From Azolla caroliniana (Eukaryota > Plantae > Polypodiophyta): 64,000 nt of DNA. The stretch covers positions 14,880,001 to 14,944,000 of the forward strand of contig JBHGNT010000001.1 in NCBI GenBank assembly GCA_043228905.1, given 5' to 3'. The first letter of the stretch is position 1. Each line of letters starts with the position of its first letter. The notes under the pieces are model-generated. The model saw nothing but the letters and a program-made list of their open reading frames with translations, was not told where the DNA came from and searched no databases. Position numbers and translations under genes: made by a program. Below, in pieces: positions 45,977 to 59,500 of the stretch.

Positions 45977-47608
45977 TCAGCGGTATTTACGCGATCTCCG
46001 GCATTTCCGGCATATGCAAAATAGCAGGATAACGAAGACAACGATGACGACGGCAGCGATTGCAACGGCTGCCGGTTTTGAGATTTTGCCCCCTTTTCCG
46101 CCAGATCCTGGCGATGGTTCTGTAGGTGATGACGATGGAGCATTCGCAGGCGCCGATGACTCGCTCGTACCGACATCGCTACAATTTGGGATCCCGGCCA
46201 AAAGCTTTGACTTCACTGCTGTATGGTTGTAGCATAGGTAGGCGCTATTGCCTCCGAGATTGACCGTCTTGAGGCGTGAGAGAAACGTGTCATTGAATGG
46301 GATCTCGCCTGTAAGATCGTTGTTGCTGAGATCCAAGTAAGTCAGGCTTGAGATCGCGCTTAGATCGGCCGGGATTGATCCGTTGAGCTTGTTATTACTT
46401 AGATCTAGGCGTGTGATGTGGCGCAGAGTAGCGATCGAGGGCGGGATGGGGCCAGAGAGAGAGTTGTGGGACAGATCGACATATTGAATGTCCTTCAACT
46501 TGGAGAAAATGATGTCAGGAATGGTTCCATTGAGCTCGTTATGGCTAAGATCAATGTGGGTCAGGGAATCGAGGTCCGCCATTTGATTGGGGATAGTGCT
46601 GGTGATGCCATTGTCTGAGAAGTCCACAAAGGTTACCTTGGGGGGCCATGTGTTGCGGGGCAGAACGAAGCCAATGTTGGTGCCGGAGATGGTGAGATTG
46701 ACCACGGATGTGGCGCCGCTGGTGATTTGGAACAGGCCTTGGCCTGAGATGTCGACATCGGTGACGGAGATGACGGTGGCAGCCTTAAAGTTGCCTATGA
46801 AAGACGCGGGAAGCTCAGGGCCCAGGCTGTTGGAGACGACGAGAGTGTAGATGGTGGCTGCCGTGGAGGTGGAGATTGACTTGGGAGGGGTCATGGAGCA
46901 ATTGATGAGGGCCAGGGCTTTAAGGTGGGTGAGGTTGCTAAGGGCAGTCGACGACAGGGCTGTGCCGTCCTTGCAATTCGAGAGCGTGAGGGCGGTCACG
47001 TGTCCGGTGCTGCTGCAGAGCACAATGTCGGAGTTGGAGCAAGGGTTGGAGGGGGAGAAAGGGACCCCGAGGGCTGTGAGGGCCGCGATCTCGGATTCCG
47101 GCAGAATGCTGCTGGATCCCGGGGGTGTTGTACCGGATGTCGGGGTGGGGGCAATGGCAGGGGCAGCCGGTGGGGAAATTTGCTTTGGTGGGGGTGCCGA
47201 TGATGATGATGATGATGGTGGGGGTGCGGTGGAGCCTAGTGGAGGGCTTGTTGTTGTGGCAGGCGGCGGTGTTGATGATGATGTATTTGTAGAGTCAGGA
47301 GGCGGGGAGGAGGCGGCGACGGTGGGAGGAGGAGTTTTTAAGGGGGGGGGTGCCGATTTCGGGGCGGGACTGGATGGAGCCGGAGCCGGAGCCAAGGGGG
47401 GGGTGGTGGTGGTGGTATTGGTTGTGGTGGGCGGCGGAGCCACACTAGAGGTGGGGGGTGGAGTTGTGGGTGGTGTTGCAGCAGGGGAAGTGGTTGGGGC
47501 AGCAGCAATCATCACAGTTATACTCATGAAGGAGAAGAAGCAAACCATAGCCAGCATTACAAGTGGTGCATTACCACACCTCTTCACCATCATCATCATC
47601 ATGAACAT
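45977..47608 (-). CDS. RLP51: Receptor-like protein, SNC2/RLP51-RLP55-like: signal peptide, Pro/Thr/Ser-rich stalk, LRRs, TM, short basic tail
   Basis: Single open frame. AALTALGVP...NPC...VLC...VTALTLSNC...LSSTAL cap, plant LRRs, IPFNDTFLSRL....GGNS.YLCYNH C-cap, TM AAVAIAAVVIVVFVILLFCIC, tail RKCRRSRKYR; no kinase domain. First ATG 47608. Symbol is a recognised similarity, not proven orthology. Confidence 0.88.
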   Translation of the reverse strand: MFMMMMMVKRCGNAPLVMLAMVCFFSFMSITVMIAAAPTTSPAATPPTTPPPTSSVAPPPTTTNTTTTTPPLAPAPAPSSPAPKSAPPPLKTPPPTVAASSPPPDSTNTSSSTPPPATTTSPPLGSTAPPPSSSSSSAPPPKQISPPAAPAIAPTPTSGTTPPGSSSILPESEIAALTALGVPFSPSNPCSNSDIVLCSSTGHVTALTLSNCKDGTALSSTALSNLTHLKALALINCSMTPPKSISTSTAATIYTLVVSNSLGPELPASFIGNFKAATVISVTDVDISGQGLFQITSGATSVVNLTISGTNIGFVLPRNTWPPKVTFVDFSDNGITSTIPNQMADLDSLTHIDLSHNELNGTIPDIIFSKLKDIQYVDLSHNSLSGPIPPSIATLRHITRLDLSNNKLNGSIPADLSAISSLTYLDLSNNDLTGEIPFNDTFLSRLKTVNLGGNSAYLCYNHTAVKSKLLAGIPNCSDVGTSESSAPANAPSSSPTEPSPGSGGKGGKISKPAAVAIAAVVIVVFVILLFCICRKCRRSRKYR

Positions 47609-48102
47609 AGGTTCCAAATTCTCTCTCTCTCTCTCTCAAGCAAAAGAGTGGTTGGAGGTAGAAGTAGCTCTCTCTACTTATGACTTTCTGTCAAGAAAAG
47701 AACAATGGTCTCCCTCTGTCCAGCTTTAGCTCCCCTCTCCCAATCCTTCTTTATTCATCTTTATCAAGGGCCACTTTTTTGTGTGCATATGTATATATAT
47801 GTATATACACACATATACATATGTACATATGTATATGTATGTACGAGGCTATTTCTTTTGTAGCATATAATAGATATAGCTGGCTTCCCCCACTCAACAC
47901 CGGTGCTCTAGAAAGAAACCGCTCGTCGCCTTCTTCGCTCACACATCGATCTCATGGAGTTTAAACCATCACATTCTATAGCTTTCAGTATTTTAGGTCC
48001 TTGGGATCGAAACTCTCACTTGGATTCTTGTGATGGACATGTGCGCGTGGACGTTAGAGCTCTTGGCCTCATCGAGAAAGGGAGGGCTGGTCAAATCCCC
48101 CC

Positions 48103-48103
<1 letters not shown>

Positions 48104-48150
<47 letters not shown>
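48104..48150. repeat. (CA)n microsatellite upstream of the RLP
   Basis: About 23 CA units. Confidence 0.95.
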
Positions 48151-48155
<5 letters not shown>

Positions 48156-49019
48156 AGAGTTTTGCTTCACACTCACCGAAAAAAAGATGGTCAGATTTGG
48201 CTAAAAGCTAAGCAACTTGAAATGAAAGGCTACCCAACTTGTTGCACATGTCAAGATTCCCCCTCATTTTTCTCCCACCCATTGGCCCAACACAATAGAC
48301 ATCGTCTTGTTGCGGTGATCGTATTGCACTTGTGGTTGAGAATGAAACGCTTGACAAATGATGTCTTGATTTGCTTCACATTCACGAAAATGTGGACATT
48401 AGGTAAAAGATTACTTCATTTTGAAATGATACCTTACGTACTCAAGATTTTGAATTCTCCTCATGTGTCATGCCCACCATATCCACATGGCCCAACACGA
48501 GATAGTTGGACCTTTTTCTATCCCCACTCCCTTTTACAACTCGAAGACTTTTTGGCATCGTTCACAAGGAGAAACTCCAATGCTCACATTGCTTCCCATT
48601 CTCAAAAGCTCGAGATTGACGAAAAACATCACTTGAAATAAACAAATACATCTGAATTTGCCAACTGTATCCCTACAATTGTCCATACGAAGAGTGGATG
48701 AAGAAGGCATGTGCTAGCTCCCCCCAAAAGATTCCCTAAACTTTGACAAGTATTCAAAAATAGTTACTTATTTAGAAATATTAACTTTAAAAATACTTAG
48801 TTAAGTTTGCAAAACCGTGAGAAATAACCTGTGTTTTGGCAAATAAAGTTTTTTAATTTCAAAAACACAATTCATCATGTCACTTTATACTAAATTGTTT
48901 TGTTATTAAAAATATACAAATTGCCTTCACAATCTTCTCTATTTGTGACGATTTGACTATGTTTTTAGTCAAAGCTACACTTGATGCACCAAAAAGAGGA
49001 ATTACTCTAACGCACCTTT

Positions 49020-50468
49020 ATTTCTGGGAATGTCGTTCCGAACCTCGTTCCCAAGGGTCAGATGGTTCCCAACCACCCCTGATCCAGCCACATTCCGGTT
49101 CAAGGTTCTTATAAGCAATGTCGTTGGGAACTACATTCCAGTAATAAATGAGAAGATAATAAATAGTTAAAACTAAAAAATAACTAAAATGCTCATTCAC
49201 AAAACAAACAATTACAAGCATTGCCATTTAAAATGGTACTATAATCTTGTAGCTCTTCATCAATAGAGAGATTCTTACTTACCATGAGTGATGTTGCAAC
49301 CTAGAGGAGAAATCGTCTTGGCAAATGAAAAGAACTAATGACTTAGCTTTTGTGGTAGCAAATATGTGTATGATTAAGCTTTCTTTTATAATCAATAATG
49401 CAAGTGAAAAATTATTGGCTTACCCAAAAGTATGTATTCCACCTTTAGTTGATCAGGATATAAGAAATAGAAAAGAATCAAATCATGATGATGAAGAAGA
49501 TATTAAGGATAGTGGACTTGGAAAGACCTCGAGGGAGTGTCTACTTAACAAGATGCGGCTTTCATGGAATGGTGTAAAGATCCTAGAAAACAGACTCTTT
49601 AGTGGTCTTATGATTTCAGTGGCAACAATTAATCGACACCAACCATTGGAATTCATCGACAAAGTTTTGATCAGATTGCAAGGAATTCTAATGGTGGTAG
49701 TTTGCTAATCAAAATGAGAGACAGAATGCTTAGAAATATATGTGGCATAGACTCCATTAATAAAGGTCATTGGTGGTAATTCCTTGATTAATATGGACGT
49801 TAAAGGTGGTTGGATTGCTGAAGCTACATGACTGTTCAAGAAGTTTTTACTTAAATATGTTGCAATATTGATTGTAATAGTGGACTGTTTTGTATATTGA
49901 CTTCTTTAATACCAATGGAGGATATGTTTTTGGAAAAAAAAGAAGATATTAAGGATAGTGATGGAGTATTGAAGAATTAAAATGAAAGTAATATTTATTC
50001 CTAGTTTACACTGGACATGTAACATACATGCTAGTGGCTAGTTCTCATGAGCATATATTTGTAGCCTAACTCGAAAAACTTGTTTTGCCTAATGAGTTTT
50101 GAAGTTTGGACACTTGAGGAATCAAGAATGCACTTATGAGGTAATGGGAGTTCTAGGAAGGATACTATATGAACCTTATTTTATTATGAATTGCCTTATG
50201 TTATTTTATGATTTGATGAGTCTTTTAATATGTTTCAAAACTTCCAAGTATCATTATAGAATGAATAGATGTGTTTTTGTTCATAGGTTGGTCCCCATGT
50301 ATGTATTGAAATTCTATTTTAATGTTCTGTGATGATCTTTATGTGTAGGGGCACTAAATCCATTTCAAAATTGAAAATTCAAATGTTATGAACTCTCGAA
50401 TTTATGTCCTTGTTCCCAAAACATTCTTGTTCTGGGAAAGTATGCCCATAGTTAGTTCGTAACACTTT
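49020..50468 (+). mobile_element. hAT transposon relic
   Basis: RRNRL....KRTNDLAFVVAN at about 49305-49365 matches the hAT C-terminal dimerisation motif, followed by an acidic tail; GTTCC(C) motifs cluster at both ends. Boundaries approximate; no TSD found. Confidence 0.55.
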
Positions 50469-50516
50469 GCTTAACCCACAATGTTTGGAAGATCACGCTC
50501 AATTGAGTATTCTTCA

Positions 50517-53500
50517 TGTTGAGCGGCAAGCTCAACCGGATCCGGATCAACTGAATAAGCTTGAGCCGGATCGACATCCGGAAGGATGGGCCGGTGAGCA
50601 AGCGAGCCGGTGAGCTGGGGAGCCGGTTAGCTGGATCAAGCAGTAACCGGAAGCCTAGTAGCAGCCTAGAGTACTAGGTAGTTAATGTCTCGTAGTTAGT
50701 GTTAGATGCTCGTGTGAGCATTGAAGTACATTGTACTTCTGTTAGTCCTCTTAAGACTTGTATAAATAGTGTTGTTAAGCACGTTGTATGTACAGAGAAT
50801 TTTACAGAGTTGTTGATAATAGATTTAAGTTGTTCTGCTCTTTCTCTGTCTCTCCCGCGTAGTGTGTGTATTCAAGCTCTCCATTAAACCTGCGTTTCTG
50901 TTTTCGGTTTTCTATTTCTTCTGCACGCCTATTCTTTTTACATGGTATCAGAGTGTGAGGGTTCAGAACCTCTGCAGTCGACATCAACATCTGAAGACAA
51001 ACCCTAAGACCAGGTAAGAACAAAAAGAGAAGTGATGGATAGAGGAATGGCTAGCTTGCTCCCGGTGGAGAAGCTCGACAGATCCAACTATGCATCTTGG
51101 TCATAGAAGATGCACTAGTACCTGCTTGGGCATGGTTACTAGAGTTATGTCGACGGAGCTAAATACATAGCACCTGATGCGGCACACAAGGACTTCCCAG
51201 TGTGGGAACAAGCAGCAAGCAGAGTGATGTACTGCTTTGCGTCCAGTGTTGGAGACCAGCTGCTGAGCCATGTCTAAGATGCCAAGACGCCAAAAGAAGC
51301 TTGGGGAAACCTGAAGAAGGTTTTCACGGCAATCACTATGGCCCGGAAGTTACAACTCCGACAGGAGTTGAGCAATGTCCGATAGAAGGACATGTCGGTA
51401 GCTGATTACATGGCCTGAATCAAACAGATATGTGACTCACTTGCCTCTATCAACGTCACTGTAGAGGAAGATGAGATGGTGCAGATCTGTCTTGGTGGCC
51501 TAGCGTCTAAGTTCAGAGCGTTCTGAATGGCGGTATGTACAAGGGAGAATAGGCCGTCATTTTTCGACTTATAGTCGATGCTCCTTGTAGAGGAGAACCA
51601 CGCCGGTGCGTCAACAAGTACACCCACCGATAGCCGGATGCTGTACACGGAGGCGGATCGGCCCCATGGGTGTGGTGGACGAGGCGTGTCGGCTCGCAAT
51701 GGTAGTGGCTGGCAAGAGCAGGACCGAAGACACAAAGAACGTGCCGACAACAGTTCCGGACCCTCCACAAGTAGGGGGAGTCAAGGCGGTGCCGGAGGCC
51801 GGCAAGCAAAGGCTGACACGGAATGCTAATACTGTGGTAAAAAGGGTCACAGAGAAAGCGAGTGCTGGAAGAAGCGTGCCGATTCGGACAGATCCGGATT
51901 CGGCAAGGCCGACAGAGAGAACTGGCAATACTCGCACTACGCAGAAGGATCGGGAGGATCCAAAACCGGAAAAGCCGGTAAAGGGCCAACCTTGGTGATG
52001 AAACACGAGGCTAACTCGATGAAGAAGATCACTTCCAAATCGGAGGAAGTGTGGTACGTTGTTTCTGGTGCGTCGAATCACATGACGAGCCACAAAAAGT
52101 GGTTCTCTTTCTTGGAGAAACCGGAACAACCGGGAGTCGTTGAAATCGGAGACGACACTCCTCACCCAATCGTGCATGTCGGAGAAGTCCCTTTGAGCCA
52201 CGTTGGACAGAGGGGGAAGCTGATGAACGTATTACACGTTCTGACTATCATGAAGAACCTGGTATCAGTAGGTCAAATTGTTGACCAGGGGATGCAGGCG
52301 CGGTTTACGCACCTTGGGTGCTTCATCGAGGAAGAGGGCCAGATTATTGCGCAAGGGCGCAGAGATGGGAGGATGTTCATATTCGACACCAATGATGTCA
52401 ACACCGCTTTGTTCGCCAAAGGACAGAAGATTGAATTGGATATTGATCTCTAGCACAAGCGAATCGGCCACGTCAATTACCGGAGACTTCAAGACCTGTA
52501 AACGAAACAAGTTGGTTTTGGTTTGCCGAAGTTCAGTGGCCGGAAGGTCCAAATATGTGAAGCCTGCCAACTCGGGAAGCAACACCGGCTTCCATTCCCC
52601 ACCGAACGAAACCGTAGCTGTAACAAGCTCAACTTTATTCATTCGGATGCATGGGAACCGACACAGAACGTTAGTCTTGGCGAGAGTCGATATTTCGTCT
52701 CCTTCATTGATGACTACAGCCGACACACATGGATCTACCTCATTGAGTGGAAGAGTGAAGTCTTTGAGTGTTTCCGGAACCTACAAAGCCTGGTTGAACG
52801 GGAAACGGAGAGGAAGATCAAGTGCCTACAGTCAGATGGCGGAAAAGAATATTTTTCCGACCAATTCAATAGTTATCTGTAGCAAAAAGGAATTCGGAGA
52901 GAGTTCAGCTGGAGATACACACCTGAGCAAAACGGTGTGGCCGAGAGGAAGAACCGGTCGATTATCGACGCGGCAAGGGCAATGCTGGAGGAGAAGAGCA
53001 TGCACAAATTCTATTGGGCTGAGGCGGTCCAGACGACCATCTATATCCGAAACTGGATCGGTGACAAGGTGTCCACGTATGAGCTGTATTTCGGGCGCAA
53101 GCCGAATTTGAGACACCTTCGGAATTTCGGTAGCATTGCATATGTGCATGTGCCGGATGAGAAGCGGAGGAAGTTGGATGCAAAGTCGGAGAAATGCATC
53201 CTGGTCGGTTACTCGCACGAGAAAAAGGGGTATAAGTGTTATAAGCCCCGGGAAGCAGGTCCGAGTTAGCCGGGATGTTGAGTTTCATGAGACGACATCA
53301 TGGTATGCCTTACCGGCTCCGACTTCCGACCCCGACCCGATACTGGTGGATGAGGCTAGTGAGCCTGAACTTGTCTAGTTAGAAGACAAAGGGTTCGAGA
53401 CTCTAGATGTGAGTCCGGAATCGTTTCGGTTGAGCGGGCCGAACGAGCTACTGTGTCAGACAGACCAGTCAGAAGATGATCGGTGAGTAGTGGAGACTCT

Positions 53501-56500
53501 ACCGTGTTCTCCCTGTGTAAGGAACCGAGGAGACGGTTCACGCGCAAGGAAAAGGGGAAGAGGAAGATGCCGGAGCACGAGACCGGCAATGGTGAGTCAG
53601 ATCGATTGGAGCGGATCTGACTCCGAAAAAGAAGAAGGCGGATCTTCGGCAACGAAGACCGAACCGGCCAAGAAGGGCCTCAAATCGGGTAATGATAAGT
53701 TACACCGGTCTTCCCTCCAGAAGAACCCAGTGAAGCGGTACGGGTACAATGAGTACATGGCGCATCACTATGTGTACATGATCAAGGTGGCGGAAGTGTG
53801 TGAGCTGGAGAGCTACGCAGAAGCGGCAAGGGACGCAAATTGGCGTGCCGCTATGGAGGAAGAAATGTGGGCACTTGATGCCAACGACACATGGGACCTA
53901 GTTGACCCTCCCCGACACTGTAAACCGATCGGATGTAAGTGGGTGTACAAGCTAAAGTACAATGCCGACGGTTTGGTCAACCGGTACAAGGCCCGGTTAG
54001 TGGTGAAGGGATACACGTAGACCCACAGAATCGACTACGACGAAACCTTCACTCCGGTAGCGAAGATGACGACGGTTCGTGTGGTGCTAGTGGTTGTTGC
54101 GGCAAGGGGGTGGCATCTTCACCAGATGGACGTGAAGAATGCATTTCTTCAAGGCGATCTTGAAGAAGAGGTCTTTATGACCCAACCCCCTAGTTTCCAG
54201 TCGGAGATGAACAAGTCGGCGGTATGCCGGCTGAAGAAGTCACTTTATGGCCTAAAGCAAGCCCCCCGAGCTTGGAATGCGAAGATCACGCACCGGTTGT
54301 GTAAGATGGGGTTTGCGGCCTCCAAGTTCGACTCTTCATTGTTCATCCAGCAAGGTCCGGACGGTCCAGTTTGCATCTTGCTGTATGTTGATGATCTAGT
54401 CATCATCGGACCCAGACTCGATGAAATCAGCTGAGTCAAGTCCCAACTATCGGATGCATTTGAGATGAAGGACCTGGGGGACCTTCACTATTTCCTTGGG
54501 ATCGAGGTGATCCTAACCCCCGACGGCATATTGCTCTCACAAAGACACTATGTGTTGAATATGCTGTACAAGTTCGGCATGATGGAATGTTGACTGATCT
54601 CCACACCCCTGGACCGGAACTAGAAGCTCCGTCCTGACTTCGGACTGGCCTGCGATGAGAAGCGGTTCCGAAAAATCTTCAAAAGCCTTATATATTTGAC
54701 AATCACCTGACCCAACATCAGTTATCTAGTCGGCGTGATCAACCAATATATGCAGAAGCTGACCGTGGAGCGCCTTTTGTGCGTGCATCGAATTTTGCGA
54801 TATGTGAGCGGCACGAAGGACCGGGGACTGTTATATCGACATGGTATAACCGAAGAGCTAGTCGGCTACACTGATGCCGACTGGGCCATCGATGCATCGG
54901 TTCGCCGATCCACCTCCGGCTATATGTTTTCCCTTGGTAGCGCGATTGTTGTGTGGTGCAGCAAAAAGCAGCCAATAGTGGCCCTTTCGAGCACTGAGGC
55001 TGAATATTGGGGCGCTACCAATGCCACCTGTGAAGCCATTTGGCTTCGGTGACTGCTGCAAAACTTGCGGATCGAAGTGCCGACCCCGATCCCGATCTAC
55101 TGCGACAACATAAGCAGCATGCAGCTCGCCAAGAACCCTGTATTTCATGCTCGCACAAAGCACATAGAAGTGCACTACCACTTCGTGCGTGAGCATGTCC
55201 TGAGCTGTGAAGTTGAACTTCGCTATGTTCATACGGATCGGCACGTTTCCGACATCTTCACCAAATTGCTCGGATCGGAAAAGTTGCAACACTTCACCGA
55301 AATGCTTGGTTTCAGCATCTCGACGTGCCACACTTGAGGGGGAGAACGGGCAAAGACACCGGAACGGGCAAAGGCAAAGAAATTGCTGATTGCGCCGGTG
55401 AGGGAAGAACCAACAAAGGGAGAGACAAGAAGAAGAAAGGAGCTGAGTCGACAAAGGAAGTTGACACATCCGAACAAGTCGGAACATGCGGCAGCGGCGG
55501 CAGAGTCAAGAAGGACCGAGCCGACCGGAAGAAGAAGGCCAAGACCCGGACATGGTCCGATGTGTTGAAGGGCTTGGAACCGGATGACGAATCGGGAGCG
55601 AACGATTCAGACAAGAGCTGGAATGAATCGGAGACAACCGATTCGGTTCAACAGACGGATTCGGGAGAACCGGATGCTAGAAGGAGCTGGGTGGAAGGAC
55701 CGGCTGCCATGGAGACTAACACTATGATCCGACCTCAAGTTGAGCTTGAGGGGGAGTGTTGAGCGGCAAGCTCAACTGGATCCAGATCGGTTGAATAAGC
55801 CTGAGCCGGATCGGGATCTGGAAGGATGGGCCGGTGAGCAAGTGAGCCGGTGAGCTGGGGAGCCGGTTAGCCGAATCAAGCAGTAACCTAAAGCCTAGTA
55901 GCAGCCTAGACTACTAGGTAGTTAATGTCTCGTAGTTAGTGTCAGACGCTCCCGTGAGCATTGAAGTACACTGTACTTCTCTTAGTTCTCTTAGGACTTG
56001 TATAAATAGTGCTGTTGAGCACGTTGTATGTACAGAGAATTTTATAGAGTTGTTGATAATAGATTTACGTTGTTCTGCTCTTTCTTTGTCACTCTTGCGT
56101 ACCTTCTGTGTGTTAATATCTCTCTCTCTTTGTTGCTATCTGTAGAAAGTAACGTGCGGAAGCAAGTATGAAGATCGAACAGAAGGAAGGAAACTCAAGT
56201 TCAATGGAGAGCTTGAGCTTACGCAGTATACTCGGGAGAGACAGAGAGAGAAAACACAAAAAAACTATATTCAACAATAATACTCAATCTGTACATAAGA
56301 CGTGCTCAGTGAGCACTTTTATACAAGTCCTAGAAGGACTGACCGAAGTACTGACAGTACTTCAATGCTCATCAAGAGCCCCTACACTAACTCCCAAATA
56401 TATTCCTCACGGAATATCTTTCCTAACGACCTCCCGGTTTATGCACTCGACCTAACCGATCGGTCCCAACCGATCCGGTCCTCGGCTTCTTCAGCCGATC

Positions 56501-59500
56501 CGGCCGATGTTGAGCTTGTCTCTCAACACTCCCCCTCAAGCTCAACTTGAGGCTCTTCGGGATCTTCATAGCACCGGTTCCTCCTGGCTTCTCGCCTCGC
56601 TTGCGCTCCTCGACCTGTTCGACTCCACGCGCTTCGACCCTTCCGGTCGGCTTGTCTGCTCATGTGGCCCTCATCAGCTTTTCTGTTGTTGCGGTGTTGA
56701 CGCTTCTTCTGTTGCCTTTTCTTCCGCTTGGGCCTCGGTTGATTCAGCGTGTCTGAATCAAACATCCGAACCGACTCGGCTACCTCCAATCGGTCTTCGC
56801 TCTCGTCCGAGTTGGCTGTCTCCAACTCGTCTTCGGTCTTCTCGCCCTCGATGGCGTCATCCTCCTTATGCGTGGTTGGCTTCGGCTCTCTCCTTTGGTT
56901 GCTCCCCTTCTGTCCGCTTCCGGACTTTTCCGTGGGTCCGCCCTCAGCTTCTTCAGCCGATCCGAAGTCGAACTTGTCAACCGACTCGGTGTCGCGGTGT
57001 CTGCTCCTTTCCTGCGGCCTTGCTTGGTCGTTCGAGACTGTTCTCCCCCTCAAGTTCGGCACGTCAAGGTGACGCAAACCGAGCGCACCTGAGAATTGCC
57101 GCAACTTGTCCAGACCAAGAGGCTTGGTGAAGATGTCGGCAGTCTGCCGATCCGTCGGAACGTACTGAAGTTCGACTTCACCGGAAAGGACATGCTCACG
57201 GACGGAATGGTAATGCACCTCAATGTGCTTGGTATGTGCGTGGAAAACGGGGTTCTTCGCGAGTTGGATGTTGTTGAGGTTGTTGCAGTAGATCGTTGTC
57301 GGATCTGACACCTCCACTTGCAGGTCCTTATGTAGCCGCTTCAACCATATGGCTTTGCATGTCGCGACAGCCGCTCCTCGGTACTCAGCTTCGGTGCTCG
57401 ACAGGGCAACTGTCGGCTACTTCTTACTGCTCCACGCGATCGCGGCACTCCCGAGGGAGAATGCGTATCCAGACGTGGATCGGCGATCAGCGGCGTTGCC
57501 AGCCCAATCAACATCGGTGTAGCCGACTAACCGCGTGGCTGCACCGGTCCGATATAGCAGTCCCCGGTCCTTAGTGCCGTTGACATAACGAAGTATGCGT
57601 TGCGCACACTGAAGGTGCCCCTCGGTAGGTCGCGCCATGAACTCACTGATCACCCTGACCGGATAACTGAGGTCGGGTCGGGTGATGGTCAAGTATATGA
57701 GGCTTCCGACAATTTGGCGGAACCTCGTCGAGTCGGATACCTTTCCCGTATCGGGACGAAGCTTGACGGTTCTGTTTAGAGGAGTCGAGATGGACTTACA
57801 GTCGGCCATCCCGAATTTGAAGAGCATACTCAGCACGTAATGACTTTGGCTGATCAATATGCCTTCGGGGGTACGGATCACTTCGATCCCGAGGAAGTAA
57901 TGAAGGTCCCCCAGATCCTTCATGTCGAACGATGCCGCAAGTTGGAGCTTCACACGGTCGATTTCTCCTAGGTCGGCGATGGTGATGACCAAGTCATCAA
58001 CATATAGTAAAATACTAACTGGTCCGAGTCGACCTTTCCGGATGAACAGGGAAGAGTCCGATTTTGACGTGACGAAGCCCAACCGACGCAGTCGTTGCGT
58101 GATCTTCGCGTTCCAGGCACGCGGGGCTTGCTTCAGTCCGTAAAGGGACTTCTTCAGTCGGCATACTGCCGAGGAGTTCGTTCCGGAGTGAAATCCGGGG
58201 GGCTGTACCATGTACACTTGTTCCTCAAGGTCACCTTGTAGGAACACATTCTTTACATCCATTTGATGTAGGTGCCACCCCTTGGTCGTGGCTACTGCGT
58301 GCAAAACATGAACGATCGTCATTTTCGCGACCGGCGCAAACGTCTCATCGTAGTCGATGCCGTGTTTCTGCGCGTAGCCCTTTGCCACTAGCTGAGCCTT
58401 GTACCGGTTGACCGAGCCATCGGTGTTGTACTTGACCTTGTACACCCACCTACACCCGATTGGTTTTACCCCCTTCGGTGCGTCAACCAGGTCCCAGGTC
58501 TCGTTCTCCGCCAATGCGTGCATTTCTTCCTCGATCGCGGCACGCAAATTCGCGTCTTTTGCCGCTTCTGCGTAGCTCTCCGGCTCACGCACTTCCGCTA
58601 CACGAGGCATGTACGCATAATGATGCGCCATGTACTCGTTGTATCCAAACCGCACAACTGGGTTCTTCTGGCGGGTAGATCGGCGTAATCTCACATTAGC
58701 CGATGTTGAGGCCTTCTCGGTCGACGCGGTGTTCACCTTTAAAGACCCGTCACCGGTTCCCTCGGAGTCAGACTCGCGTCGGTCAGACTCGTTCCTTTCT
58801 GTGCCGGAATCGAACACCTTCTTCTTCCCTTTCTCTTTGCGCGTAAGCCGTCTCCTCGGCTTCCTACGCGGGGAATGCACGGCCGAGTCTGCACTACTCG
58901 CCGGCTCTTCATCGGACTGGTCGTACCGACTCAGTCGTCCAATCGGTCCACTTAACCGGAGTGAAATCGGACTCTCTTCGCGGGTCTCAATTTCGGGCTC
59001 ATCCGGAGGCATCTCGGCCTCGCTGACCTCATCGTCAGAGCTCGGATTGGAGTTGAGGTTCGTAGTCGGGGGCAGGTACCAGGATGCGGACTCGTCAAAC
59101 ACAACGTCGCGGCTGACACGCGCTTGTTTGGTGCGAGGGTTATAGCACTTATAACCCTTCCGCTCATCCGAGTAACCGACCAAGATGCACTTCTCGGCCT
59201 TTGCGTCCAACTTCCTCCTTTTCTCCTTCGGTACATGCACATACGCAATGCTACCGAACACCCTCAAGTGTCGCAAGTTCGGCTTCGTTCCGAAATATAG
59301 CTCGTGCGCCGACACTTTGTCTCCGATCCGGTTTTGGATGTATACCGCAGTCCTTACCGCCTCGGCCCAGTAGAACTTGGGCAAGCTCTTCTCCTCCAGC
59401 ATTGCCTGTGCCGCTTCCACAATCGATCGATTCTTTCTCTCGGCCACGTCGTTCTGCTCCGGCGTGTATCTACAACTGAATTCGCGGCGAATTCCCATTT

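Noticed and set aside
46851-47729. 292-aa Gly/Val-rich ORF on +
   Set aside because: Antisense shadow of the Pro/Thr-rich RLP coding strand.
48030-48641. 203-aa ORF with HT repeats
   Set aside because: Driven by the (CA)n microsatellite; no recognisable domain.
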